The notes under the pieces are model-generated. The model did no database searches. It saw nothing but the letters and a program-made list of their open reading frames with translations, and was not told where the DNA came from. The position numbers and the translations under genes were made by a program. From Octopus vulgaris (taxonomy: Eukaryota), in the NCBI GenBank assembly GCA_951406725.2, contig OX597820.1, forward strand, positions 50,282,001-50,346,000: DNA of 64,000 nt, given 5' to 3'. Positions 13,082-27,035 of this stretch are shown here, in pieces (positions within the stretch are counted from its first letter, which is position 1; the number at the start of each line of letters is the position of its first letter).

Positions 13082-14830
13082 TTTCTACTGTAATTTTGGG
13101 GGAGGGGGCCAGTCTATTAGATCGACCCCAGTGAGCAACCTCTACTTAATTAGTCGACCCCGAAAGGATGGAAGGCATAGTCGACATCAGCGGAATATAA
13201 ACTCAGAACGTAAATACATACGAAATAACTATTTCTTTACAACCAACAAGGGGCTGAACACAGAGAGGAGAAACAAGGACAGACAAACGGATTAAGTCAA
13301 TTATATTGACCCAGTGCGTAACTGATACTTAGTTTATCGACCCCGAAATTACGAAAGGCAAAGTCGACCTAGGCGGAATTTGAACCCAGAACGTAACGGC
13401 AGACGAAATACCGTCAAGCATTTCCTCCGGCGTGGTAACGCTTCTTATTTCTTTACTGCCCACAAGGGGTTACACACAGAGGAGACTAACAAAGACAGAC
13501 AAACGGATTTAGTCGATTATATCGACCCCAGTGCAACCTCGGCTGACAAGTACGCAGAAATTTGCATGATGTCATATGAATCTGAAAATGGTGAATATTG
13601 CAGGAAATCACAATTACATCGTTCTTTTCTACTCTAGGCACAAGGCCCGAAATATTGGGGGAGAGAACCAGTCGATTAGATCGACTCTAGTACGCAACTG
13701 GTATGTATTTAATCGACCCCAAAAGATGAAAGACAAAGTCGACATCGGCGGAATTTCAACTCAGAAACTGAAGACAAACGAAATACATATTTCTTTACTA
13801 CCCACAAGGGGCTAAACACAGAGAGGTCAAGCAAGGACAGACAAACGGATTAAGTCGATTATATCGTCCCCAGTGCGTAACTGGTACTTATTTAATCGAC
13901 CCCGAAAGGATGAAATGCAAAGTTGACCTCGGCGGAATTTGAACTCATAACGTAACTACGGACGAAATACCTATTTTTTTATTACCCAAAAGGGGCTAAA
14001 CATAGAGGAGACAAACAAGGACAGACGAACGGATTAAATCGATTATATCGACCCCAGTGCGTAACTCGTTCTTATTTTATCGATCACGAAAGGATAAAAA
14101 GCAAAGTCGACATCGGCGGAATTTGAATTCAGAACGTAGCGGCAGACGAAATGCCTATTTCTTTACTACCTAGAAAGAGCTAAACACAGAGAGGAGAAAC
14201 AAGGACAGACAAACGGATTAAGTCGATTATATCGATCCCAGTGCGTAACTGGTACTTATTTAATCGTCTCTGAAAGGATGAAAAGCAAAGTCGACCTCGG
14301 CGTAATTTGAACTCAGAACGTAACGGCAGACCAAACACCGCTAAGTATTTCGCTCGGCTTGTTAACATTGCTGCCAGCTTGTCGCATTAAGAGAGAGAGA
14401 GGGGGGGGGAGAAAAAGAGAGAGGGGGAGAAAGAGAGAGAGATTAATATTTTCTACTCTAGGCACAAGGCTCGAAATTTTCGGGGAGGGAGTCAGTCGAT
14501 TAGATGGACTCCAGTACGTAACTGGTACTTATTTAATCGACCTCGAAAGGATGAAAGGCAAAGTCGACCTCGCCGGAGGTTGAACTCAGAACGTAGCTGC
14601 AGACGAAATACCACAAGGGGCTAAACATAGAAGGGACAAACAAGGACAGACATAGGTATTAAGTCGATTACATCGACCCCAGTGCGTAACTGGTACTTAA
14701 TTTATCGACCCCGAAAGGATGAAAGGCAAAGTCGACCTCGGCGGAGTTTGAACTCAGAACGTAACTGCAGACGAAATACCGCTAAACATTTCGCTCAGCG
14801 TGCTAACGTTTCTGCCAGGTCACCGCCTTA
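13082..14830 (-). mobile_element. Three nested/tandem arrays of SINE family A (13082-13545, 13625-14390, 14450-14830)
   Basis: Repeated aaaggatgaaaggcaaagtcgacctcggcggaatttgaactcagaacgta. Junctions near 13788, 13972 and 14156 give a 184-bp period. Confidence 0.92.
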
Positions 14831-16497
14831 ATAGGGAAAGAGACATGGAGAGAGAGGGGGCAGAAAGAGAGAGAGAGAGAATAATATTAGCATGTGTTTA
14901 GACGAGTAGAATTCGGTGACGTATATTCTGTTCATGGTTTATCCGTGCCTGGGTTGCAACACATCTATGTAAGATGAAATTGAGACGATCCTTGTGGCAT
15001 ATTGAATGGTTACATATGGAACTCGTTAAGTTCTCGCTAGTTGATAGTTGCTATCTTGTGTTATTTGATCAGAATGGGTTTAGTAACTAGACAGGTAGGA
15101 AAGAAAGGAAAGAAACGCCAGTTATATTTACAGTTTCTGAGATTCGAGTTGAGAGAGTTTTGGGATCACCTCACTAGTGTAGCTGACATGTCCGGAAAAG
15201 ATTTGGAATGTAGCTCAAAAATCTAGTAGAGGAAACTTATTTTCTTCAAAAGGGGCTTTTGGATTAGATGCAAGGGTTATAATCTTGAGTTTAGTTTAGG
15301 TTTCAATGCTTTGATAAAGTAACACAATGTGAGAAATCATATATTGTTAATAGTAAAGTCGGTTTTACAATTTGTAGGGAGTCTACAGCGATTATAGATC
15401 CCGGGCCAGTTTTGTCATTAAACGAACATACAAAATAATTAATAGAAATCTAAATAAAACATATTAAAATGAAAAATACAGTTTGTAGCACCGGCAAAAT
15501 TTAAAATATGTAGACGAAAAATATATAGACACAGTCACAAAGTTTAATAAAATAATATGGGTAAGAAATAATACATCAGATTTTATTCAAACCATTTCTG
15601 CGACACATACCTGTTATAGTATTTTCGAATTCTAATTATTTGTTAAACATAGAATACATACCATGACCTAGGTTTCAACAAAAGACGCCATTAGTATACA
15701 TAAATTACTAATATAGAATGTAAAGAAGAAATCTTGACAGCAACAATGATGTTTGTAATTCTTAGAGATTCTCCTGTTTACTGAGAATTCTATAATAGGC
15801 TATTAAATATGACGTAACGACAGGTAACATCGTTACCAAGTGTTCAGTTGTCACCAGTATTAAAACAAGTAAATTAATGTGGCGTGGTTTACTTGGCTTT
15901 CAAGGAACATACAAGGAGATGATGTGTATTTTTTTACACAAAAATAAAAAAAAATAAAGGAAAAAAAACGAGGAAGAAGATGGTGATATTGACATGGCTT
16001 GCAGCATTGTTTTGACAAAGTTTATCCACATTCCAAGAAATCTACTTTAAACTAATTGCTTCAGACCCAATCTCTCATAACTATTTTCGCATCTACAACT
16101 CTCCACTATAACGGGAAAATGTTATTTATGAAGATGTATTATTTTTTTTTCAATATTAACATATTTAAAATTTACTTGATATTTCTCGTTGCTTATGCTC
16201 AAGCCAGCACTAAACCAGTAGAATTTTTATCAGTAGCTCTTCGTCTGCGAACATCACACCTTTTATTCAGATAAAGTGTACTAGAACTCAATTATTTAAC
16301 GTGTTCAGTTTTGAATTGGGATTCAAGATTTGAGACAGATTTGGTTGTTATTTTACTATGTGGTAGTTATTTTACTACAGAGCCATTATTATTGGTTGCT
16401 TTGGAGATAGTTTTTGTCGTGGTTTGGTCAGTTGTATTGTTTTCTATTGTTTATGCAATTACTTATATGTATTCTTCATCCATCCTGCATTAACAAA

Positions 16498-16640
16498 TAT
16501 GATCAAAAGCATTGCAGCCGTGACCATCCAGTATTGTTATCCGAGAAACATAGGGCAATATTATCAGATATATTCTCTCGTATTCAGATGGTAGGGAGAT
16601 TTAGCTGCTATTCATTGCCAGTCAAGGAATCACATAGAAG
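16498..16640 (+). repeat. Ancient dispersed repeat (other copies about 6140-6240, 21647-21760 minus, 48236-48370, 61510-61620)
   Basis: Shared motif atcaaa.gcatt.cagccgtgaccat...gagattt.gctg in several places. Confidence 0.55.
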
Positions 16641-17181
16641 ATACTTGATTAGATTTTGTTAATTTATTTTTAAAATCAAGTCATAGCATCCCCTTTTGCA
16701 AGATGAGGGATCGAAACTTGCTCTTGAAACTTTCGCAGTATCATTATATTAGATTTGCCAAACGCATAAAGGTTTAAAGTATCTCCATAATTGTTTACTT
16801 GTAGCAAAATAAAGCATTTGAGAAAGACATTAATATAGTACATATACTGAATTGCATGTATTCTATATCATTGTGCTTTCAGACAACATGATCTCGAAAC
16901 TACAATGCATTGAACAGCTTTTCGTACCTTCATAGACTAGGGATCCATAATCAAATTCCTCTTTTCTCGTTTATTGATAATCAATATGTTAGCAATCTAA
17001 ATACAACAAGAAACAATATTATATATGCATGGTGTCAGCGACAAGGTAGGAACTATTGATTCTTCAATTGAGACATGCATATTTCATGTTTTCGGCAACA
17101 TCGAATTCTTCTTTATGGTATACGTAGAATAAATTTACATATATCGATGTATGTGGGGACTGATTTTATGTCTATGTGAGT

Positions 17182-17224
<43 letters not shown>

Positions 17225-17316
17225 CACGCGCACACAGGTATGCAAATGTACAGAAACATGTATGAAACTACCCTCTCATAATATACACAAATGCATGCAT
17301 ATATGCATAGATATAT

Positions 17317-17396
<80 letters not shown>

Positions 17397-19099
17397 CATA
17401 TATATGTATGTATATATATTATATATATATACTTACGTATATATGTGTGAGCGCCCGCGTGTGTGTGTATGTAAGTATGTATGTGTTTGTGTGTACGCAT
17501 CTATGGATTTATACATGTATGCATAAGTATATAAACATATATATGCATGCATGCATACAAGTGCACGCGTTCTTACACACACATATAAACACAAAGACAT
17601 ATTATTCAGAACAAGCACTTTTATACCTTCTTACTTCCTCCAGGTTCACCCGCTTATGACTACCGTTCAAAGTAAACTTCTGTAGTAGCATATCTTTAAA
17701 AGCATCACCTTTGACGAAGTTCTTTGTGACAACAGAAGAATTGGTCGTAATGTAGGTGTGACTCTTTGCAATATTTAATGAAGCTAATCGAAGTCAGAAT
17801 GATAATTCCTGATTATTTCAGAGATTTTGCCACGTAACAAAAATGAGGTTAATAAAGCATTATATACCAATATTAGAAGTACCGCAATTTTCACGCGTTT
17901 ATGAAAGTGCTACAAGCTTCCAAAATTTGCGGTACTTTGGCTTATTTTCTGAGAAACATGCAAATATCAGAGATTACTAACGATGAAAGAATATTTACTT
18001 TTTTCTCTTTTTTCTTGAGAAGACGTGCAGGGAGCATTTCTTTTCACGGGACCGAAACCTAAACTATGAGAAAAGAGCTGCAAAATGTCGATGATTGTAT
18101 CTATACAGAAGATTTTCATGAGAGCCCTGAATATTTCATTTATGAACATGCTCTCCCCAATTCTATTATTATTTTTAAACATCGTATAGTCTTTGTTGGT
18201 CACTGCTATCATGCAGAACAATATGGCATATCAGATGTTATAATTGGTAGCCAATATTATAAGGGAGAACGGCATCCCCTAGCCTTGATTAAGGTTATTT
18301 CCAAAGACATAAAATGAATTTGGATGTCTACCCAAGTTAATAGTGGGCAAGATTCGTGTGGCAATATTCTGAGAAGCTTATGAAGTGCGGCAACTTGCTG
18401 AAGAGCAGGATGTAAACGAACTTCAGGAAGTACACTTTGTGAAAATATCTCTGAAGGAAATGTAAGTGTCTAATATCTTGTTGTTAGTAGAATTGTATAT
18501 TTAATTATGTAACGAACTCATTTCTGGTATGTTCTTTCCTATACGTTATGTAAACACATTTATCTGAATGGTCATGCACGAGAAAATATCAGTGATGTCT
18601 CACTCATAGTGTTTATAAATAGAGGGATGTATATATATATACTTATCTACTGTGTGTGTATGCAAGCGCGCGTATCTGTGTATATATGACTGGGACATGT
18701 GTTTATAAGAGGAGGTAAGAAAATACGTATTTCATATATATTTAACAGTTTTACTACTTAAGAGCGTTGCACGTTTCTCTCTCTCTCTCTATCTGTCTGT
18801 CTGTCTACCCAACTGTCTGTCTCTCTGTCTGTGAGTCTCTCTCTCTCTCTCTCTCTCGCTCTCTCTCTCTATCTATATGTGGACACAACACACACGTAAA
18901 TCCAACTACATTGCTGTAAATTATGTTGCGATTATCCTATGAAGTTGTTCTTTTCGGCAACACAGTGTCTATTCGCCTTTTCTTACTCACCCCCACTCTT
19001 TCTACTTCTCACTTTCTCTGCTTTTTTTTGTCCCTCCAAATCTAATGCCATGATCCACTCTCTTCAAAGAATATAAATGTGCTCAGTGATTATTATCTG

Positions 19100-19280
19100 C
19101 ATCATTCGCCCGGAAGCTCTCGTTATTATTTCCTCAACCGACAGAATACAAACATGATCGGCTGATTGGTTCAAATGTGTAGCTCAAGTGTATCAACAGA
19201 TGCACGTACATATTAACGTGAACAGCATTCGGTGTATTCTAATTGAGACTAGCTGAGATGGCTTCTAGTGACGTCAACTT
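19100..19280. promoter_or_regulatory. Possible promoter/enhancer motif cluster
   Basis: ETS-like CCGGAAG at 19110-19116, reverse CCAAT (CTGATTGGTT) at 19162-19171 and full CRE TGACGTCA at 19269-19276, in non-repetitive DNA downstream of (CT)n. Confidence 0.3.
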
Positions 19281-20490
19281 CACTACAATAAAGTGAAGCG
19301 ACAACTGCAACTTAACGAAACGCACTATAGTCATGGCATTTTCCTCCACAGTTCATTGTTGAACCGTAATCGCTCATGAAGTATGTTTTCATGGCCAGAA
19401 CTTGCGAATGAAGATAACAATAATAATACTATAAAAATGAAAATGAAATTCAAAAATCAAAATAAAATGAAAAATAAAGTACAGTTAAGGGAAGGGATAC
19501 AAACCACGAACATTCTGGTTTTTCGATAAACACGCTATCTATAAGTGTAATTTAACTACGGCTTTGAATTCAGTGACTAATCTGAGCTAAAATCTATTTT
19601 ATTTAATGTATTCAAGGTTAATGTGCTGCAATGTTCTCTAACAACAAACTGATTGTCTTCATTTCTTGTACAAGAATAACAAAACAATATCAAAGCTTGT
19701 ATCAAGTTTAATTCACTTTATTTCTTCGTTCGAAATTTTCTCATACATAATTCATAATATTTTTGCATTAAAAACATTAGCTCTATTTTATTGTCATTTT
19801 TCTTTTCAATAACACACATTCCACACATATATATATATATATATATAAATATATGTAACTTAAAACACAATATACCCATATAGATATATTTACACATACG
19901 TTCGCATTGCGCACATACTTACAAAATATAACCCATACAAAAAACAAACAAAAACAAAAAAACAAAACATATTTGCATGTATCTACATAGCGACGTATGT
20001 AAACATATAACAATAAATATAGGTATCTCTGTTTAAGTGTACATGTGTGTGCGTTCATATGTATGTATGTATGTATTCATAAAAGTGTGTGTGTGTACAT
20101 TCATATATACATACACACACATGCACACATACATACTCGCGCACACACACACACACACACACATAAATACACACATATTTGTAAATATATTCACACAGAG
20201 AAAAATATACGAGGGCATAGAAACATATTGAAAGTTTGGTTATATCTACAACTATTGATGTTTGTGTATTACTGTGTGTGAGAGAGAGTTTGTGTGTGAG
20301 GGAGTTTGTGTGCGTGTGTGTTAGTGTAAAGTGCGTGGTCGTTAGTATAAGATGTGATAAGAAAATATGTACAAATATTTATACTTATGTAGGTATTTCA
20401 TGTATATTTAACAGTCTTACTGTTGCTTCAATAGCTATATCTAAACCTACATACATATATGTGTGAGTGTATTCGCGAGGCCTGTGTTTA

Positions 20491-20572
<82 letters not shown>
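20491..20572. repeat. (TATC)n tetranucleotide microsatellite
   Basis: Perfect run; a similar degenerate tract lies at 51151-51366. Confidence 0.95.
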
Positions 20573-21790
20573 AGCTTACACGATTGTGTGTGGATGTGAG
20601 AGTGTGTGTAGTTTATCTTTTTCCATTTTAGTGCTGGAATCTTGTGTACTGCTGTGTTTATTTTATAACTTGTCTAGAAGAAACAATAAAATTCTGATGT
20701 ATATATGATATTAATATTACAATATTTTGGGTTTTTATGTTTTCTTGCCATATACTTCTTTTTTTCATTTCAGCTATTTCTAACAAGATGTCTTAGTTTT
20801 CTCCCTCACTTATCTTAAGTTTTTAATCCCTTTCTAACAACACTATCTCACTCACCGCCATTGCCACCACCTACACGCCCGCCGCCGCCGCCGCCGCCGC
20901 CGCCACCAACTACTAATGCCATCGACACAACTACCACTACAAGTAGGTTGAGACTTTGCATCTAATATTGACAGTTTTGTGAAACTTTAATAATAAAACA
21001 ATAAAGTATTGTTGGCTGAAGATTTCAGTCCAAAATATTTGTAACCTTTTATACACTGCAATCTTTTATGTTCCTGTTATGTCTTTTATATACTTTGTAA
21101 ATCTTACTGGAGATATTTCTATTTCCAGAAGTTTCCGCAGTTACCATTTTTATATTATATTTATCGAGATATTGCCATTATCGAAGTGAGGCAGAAATAC
21201 TGCAACGTATGTCAGTGAATTCGAAATCAAAGTTTCTGCAAATATAATAGTAAAAATGAATATCTCAATATCGATGTATAATCTGGGGAAAATATATTTG
21301 AAAACGTATTTAAACGTAAATGACCATATGTCAAAATATATTGATTTTTTTTAATAATGCACGCGGACACGGTTTCTATGGGAGTGAATATGTTCAACTG
21401 AACAACCAGTAGTATGTTAATGAAACTATATATACGCGACATTAAGTTGAATATAATGCGAAGAGAAAATTTAAATGAACGAATCAGATAGACATGGGAA
21501 TCGTGTCTCGTGTTTTAAACAGAAGTTAGTAATGAAATCTTGTGTATTTTATGGTTTTTATCGAAGAGTACTTAAACTATGCCATTCCTGAAATGACTAA
21601 AATGTAAAAATTTTCAGCTTATAAAAGAATTTATATACATTCATTCAACCTGCTAGAAATATCACCCAAATCATCGTCAAAAGACATAATACCAAAATAA
21701 ACAAAAGTGAACGGAATATCCGACAATATCGACCTAAGTGTCATATGTCTGAGATTTTACATACTGGTACACCTTTGATTAAACGTCTGT

Positions 21791-21886
<96 letters not shown>

Positions 21887-21903
21887 TAAATATATATATA
21901 TGT

Positions 21904-21945
<42 letters not shown>

Positions 21946-22287
21946 TGATATCAAACCGTTTTGAAACAGATATTGTATTTCGAGATGGTCATTATTATTA
22001 TTATTACTATTTTTATTATTCTTTTTTGTCAAGTAAACACACGCACCATATATTCGTCCTTCACTCGTTTATTACTACTGTGTAATAAAGAAGCATATCA
22101 GGACGTAAGGTTTCATAAGCGTGTGCTAATTTGGCAAAAAAAGAAAATGACCATCCCAAAATACAATATATAATTGTGTGTGTGTGAATCTATGTATATG
22201 TAGGTATACATATATTTATCTACTATCTATCTACATACACGCGCGTGCACGCACACACATGCATTCTCACACACACACACATACATA

Positions 22288-22545
22288 TGAGGGCTCAGTA
22301 TTTAGGGTGTTGCAAACGTGATGGCGGTTTGTATAACTTGACCGGGTCGAGACGCTGAGCCCTTGAGCAAAACACTTCATTTCACGTTGGTCCGCGGTAA
22401 TTTTAACACTTGTGTGGTACACCGCGAACATATTGAAGCCGCGTCGACTTGATGGAGGTAGTGAGTGAATGTACAGCACATATATTTGATAACTATAAAC
22501 AAATCAGTTGGGCGGGGTGTTCAGAAATAAATTGAAGAAGCGTTT
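22288..22545 (+). mobile_element. Diverged tRNA/CORE-like SINE
   Basis: ggctcagt..ttagggtgtt head and cttgagcaaaacacttcatttcacgttg core, as in 9845-10171. Confidence 0.6.
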
Positions 22546-22586
22546 TACTTGAACTACGAGAGACTGCCATTATACATACATACATA

Positions 22587-22648
<62 letters not shown>

Positions 22649-22655
22649 ATGTATG

Positions 22656-22715
<60 letters not shown>

Positions 22716-23524
22716 GCATACGCACATATATATTTTATGCAGAAACATTCAAAAACGTGTATTAATAAAGTAACTGGTCAGGCCATAGAATGTTCAAGTA
22801 TCTACTGCTTTCTTATTACCTGTCAGAACTAGAAGTGCAGCGCGATGAATAGGTAATTATTTCCCTTTCAAACACATTCCTTCCTAGTCACAGGTTCGAT
22901 GCAAAGCGCCTGGAGAGACAGAGACGAAAAAAATAGCTTTCCATGATTGAAAAATCGGTGAGAAATGTTATTAATGTTAGAAGGCATCATAAGGTGCTGT
23001 TAAGGAAATTACATTACTAAATCATTATATAACACTGGGGGATATTGATGAATAATAATTTATGGAAGGTACTAGATTGGTAGAACGCCTAAAACGGGAA
23101 AATATAAAATTAATTGTCGGTGATATTTACATTCAACCCTTTAATATAAGAGTTCAAATCCGCCCAAGCATCATTTGCCTTTCATATATCCTCTAGAATC
23201 AATATAATTGTCAGTGATATAATGGTGTTCAATCAACTGTACCCCTTTTCTACACAAATACTTTTTTTTCGATGTTGGGGAAAAGTTAGAGATTAATATC
23301 GAGAATTCTCAGCAATTTCATTTAAAATTGATATATTGAAATACTGTATACGCACGCAGTTAACAACCGAATATATATAATTGGAGATGGTGTTTAGATA
23401 ATTTAATTGTAAGGATATTGTGTGATAGAAGAAATAGAAGCCAGTAAAAAACAAATAATGATTTTTTCTTTTTCTTACTCATACTATTACTTATAGAGAA
23501 ATATAGATATGATGAATAATACAC

Positions 23525-23938
23525 TACTGCCGCCGCCGCCGCCACCACCACCACCACAACCACCACAACCACCACCACCACCACTAGAACTACTACTATC
23601 ACCATTAAAGCTATTACCATCAGTTCCACTACCACCACCTCTACTACTACCGCTGCTGCTACTGCTACTACTACTATTATCACCACAATCACCATTAATG
23701 CTACTACTATCACTTCCACCACCACCACCACTACCACCACCACTACCACCACCACTACTACCAATACTACTACTACTAATACTACTACTACTGCTGATGA
23801 TGATGATGCTGATGCTACTCCTCCTCCTCCTCCTCCTCCTACTACTACTACTACTATAACCGCAATCACCGTTAATGCTACTACTATCACTTCCATCACC
23901 ACTATCATCACATCCACCACCACACCACCACCACCACC

Positions 23939-23985
<47 letters not shown>

Positions 23986-24109
23986 ACTTCTACCACTACT
24001 ATTACTATTACCACAATCACCATTAATGCTATTACTATCACTTCCACCACCACTACCACCACCACTACAAATACCGACAAAATGCATAGCACCATCATCA
24101 CATAAACCA
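23525..24109. repeat. Compound triplet repeat (CCA/CTA/CCT/GAT)
   Basis: Direct reading; the tract continues at 25645-25890 on the other side of the LINE. Confidence 0.95.
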
Positions 24110-25644
24110 AATTTTATTTAACCAAGTTGGTCTACACAAAGAGGGAACGTTACAGAGACAGAAGAGGGGTTGAGGAACGAATGATTTACAACATGATGTT
24201 AGATATATACAGTTAAAAAAATAAATGAAAGATATGAAAATCGAGTGGATTAAAACAGAATAGAGGGACGCGACCATCCTCACAAATCACGTACCAATAC
24301 TGAAACTTGTTTCTTTTTTTCCTTTTGTTCTCACTGAAGTAGGTTCATTCACACTCAGCATTCTTGCAACAATCTTCCAATCTTTTCTCGAATGCCCTTT
24401 GCGACAAGCATCTCTTCTCCAGCCTTATTTTCCTTTTCAGGTGGCAAAGGAAAAAGTTAACCAAACCAAGTGTGGTGATGAAGATGCCCGTCGCAATCCA
24501 TTTCGCTCGTGTCTTCCAAACAACCTCCTTCGCGAAAGACACTACACAAAGGAAACAAGCCTGCTCTTACCTGTTCAGAGGAGTCGGTAGAACAGTCTTA
24601 ACTATAGACTGGGGTGACAGTTTTACGCTTCTCAGACATGACAGCAGTTGCTCGACATAAACCAATATCTCCGAAATCTTCGGACACTGCACAATTGCGT
24701 GCAGAACAGTTTCACTGTCCTGCCAGTATCCTAGGAAAGTTGGTGTGGGTGAAGAACAATGTCTTTAGAGTTTATCCCGGACAGGTAAGGATTCTCAGTA
24801 ATATTGCTATGCCAGGAACTTGTGGTAATTATCCGTAGGTCATGGCCCGAATGTTCTCCGGTACAGGCCGGCATGTTGATCGTCATCGAAGCCCAGGGTT
24901 TCTCCTAGCGCATCGTCACACTTGAAATCAACTAACCCTCTATAAAACGTCGAGATGGAACTCCCGCCGCGTTTCCCGTCTGCGAGATGAGCAAGAGTAC
25001 CTCACGGCACTCTGCTTGCCAAGCACCCAACTTCGGTCTACGTTTAATCCATTGGTTCAGTTCACTGAAAGAAATGAACCGCGGAAGCAACAGTCTGACG
25101 AACGGAGACCACACATGCTCACCGTCCAAAGATGCCTTAGCCAAAGATACCTCAGCCTCAGCACATGCCTGCGCAGTTTTAGCAATAGAACGGTTGTTGG
25201 CAGGAAATATATCACCTTACAAGAGGTCCCCTGTTCCTCCACAAAAAAAGCGGAAGAGCTTGCGTTCCTAATAGTTCAGTCACGAATCTGGGCAAGGCAC
25301 GGGACTCAGGCAGTAGGTAATTGCAGATACGATAAACACACCTGCAACATCCAGGGATAGCTTCCACTCAAACCAGTTCTGAGTTAGAAGAGCTAACCTC
25401 TTCGCTACCTCGCTCCAGTACTTCTCTATCTAGAAGACCAGCCCAAACCAGACTCCTAGCATTTTAACTGGTCCATCCATCCAATATCCCACGACGTTGT
25501 TGGGCGGCGTAGACTTGTCACTCTATGTGCCCAGCTGCAAAACGACCGACTTATCTCGGTTAATTTTTGCTCCTGCCACCACTTCGTAATCACTTATGGC
25601 TTTACCTACCCACTGTAGGTGTTCGACCCGGAATACGATGACGG
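24110..25644 (-). mobile_element. 5'-truncated L1/Tx1-like non-LTR retrotransposon, decayed, with 17-bp TSD
   Basis: Minus strand: YEVVAGAKINRDKS and VKMLGVWFG (RT C-terminal domains), ETVLHAIVQCP (zinc knuckle), AKEVVWKTR..FFLCHLKRKIRLE. 3' UTR has AATAAA. TSD catca(t/c)cacataaacca at 24093-24109 and 25645-25661. Confidence 0.88.
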
Positions 25645-25809
25645 CATCACCACATAAACCACCGCCACCACCACACCTACTACCAACATTACCATCACTA
25701 CTACAGTCGCCACCAGCACTACCAGCACCGCCAGTACCAGCACCACCACCACAAACACCACCACCACCACCACCACCACCACCACCACCACCACCACCAC
25801 TATCACCAT

Positions 25810-25877
<68 letters not shown>

Positions 25878-26116
25878 TTGTTATCCACTATAATTTCATA
25901 ACCACATATAAAGGCGATTATATACTGAAAAGTGATTGAAATTTTATTTTATGGATAAAGGAAGGAGCACAACAAATATATTTTACCATGGTTTGAACTG
26001 AAGTCAGAAACTGAAATAAAGAATGATCTTTTACTTGGCATGTTAGTCGATCACTGTCCTTTCATAATATTACAAATATTAAAATGGTTGAAGAAACTGA
26101 TTTTATCAACTGCAAA

Positions 26117-26330
26117 CTTGCTTGCTTGCTTCATGCTGTTGCCTGATGAGGCTAGGACCAACACAGGTTAGTTGTCCCATAGACTTCATCATGAGGTGAG
26201 CAGGACCACCGGTAATCTTCATCAGTGCTGGTCCACTGCCAGCCCCTCTGCATCTCCCAAGGTGACGTTGTGCTTCTGAATACCATCCCACATCACGTCC
26301 AGCCACGAGATTTTCGTGACCTGCAGACTA
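26117..26330 (-). mobile_element. RTE-clade LINE 3' fragment with (AAGC)n tail
   Basis: Minus strand ISWLDVMWDGIQKHNVTLGDAEGLAVDQH*; tail gaagcaagcaag. Confidence 0.65.
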
Positions 26331-26390
26331 TGCAATCGGTAGAGAGAATCAACTAATTTCAACAATGTAGTTATTTAGTTTGTTAAGTTT

Positions 26391-26441
<51 letters not shown>

Positions 26442-26509
26442 AGACAGAAAGAAAGAGAGAGAAAGACAAAGACAGAGAGAGAGAGAAAGATGAAGAGAGA
26501 CAGAGAGAG
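26391..26509. repeat. (GA)n / GA-rich tract
   Basis: Direct reading. Confidence 0.95.
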
Positions 26510-26997
26510 CCCTCAAAACTATAAAATGAAACTATTAACACATATGATCCGACTATCTTATGATCTATGTACAATGGAAAATACATCGAGAATTGGAACA
26601 GGAAAGAATTCTCGATTCATAGGGACACTCCTGTTATATACACTGTGTGCGGAATGTTATTGACTTGGAGGAGACATTAGTCTTCTGTTCGGACCAATGT
26701 CGATGTCTTCTTGAACGTGTGAGAGCCAGAGAGAAATACAGAAACGAGTCGCTCACAGTGCAGGTATAGTACTTTCTTAAATTTATATATATCTATCCAG
26801 AAAAGTTGAAAGTTATGAGTAGAAAACCGGAACTAATACTGCAATGTTATCCAAACTTCTGACAGTTCAACGGATTCGTTTTCTTCAGTACAAATGTCGA
26901 GCAAGTTTCATGTAGGACGACTCTCGTCAATATACTTGATTAAACCATTCAAAGTGTTCCAGCATGAGCTCAACTTAATAAATGGCAAAAGCCAAAA

Positions 26998-27035
<38 letters not shown>

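Noticed and set aside
13082-14830. CRISPR-like regularly spaced repeats
   Set aside because: The whole 184-bp unit is homologous, with no unique spacers and no cas genes; these are SINE units in a eukaryotic context.
26143-26200. CTGATGAG as a hammerhead core
   Set aside because: No stem II followed by GAAA; it is the antisense of an RTE 3' UTR.
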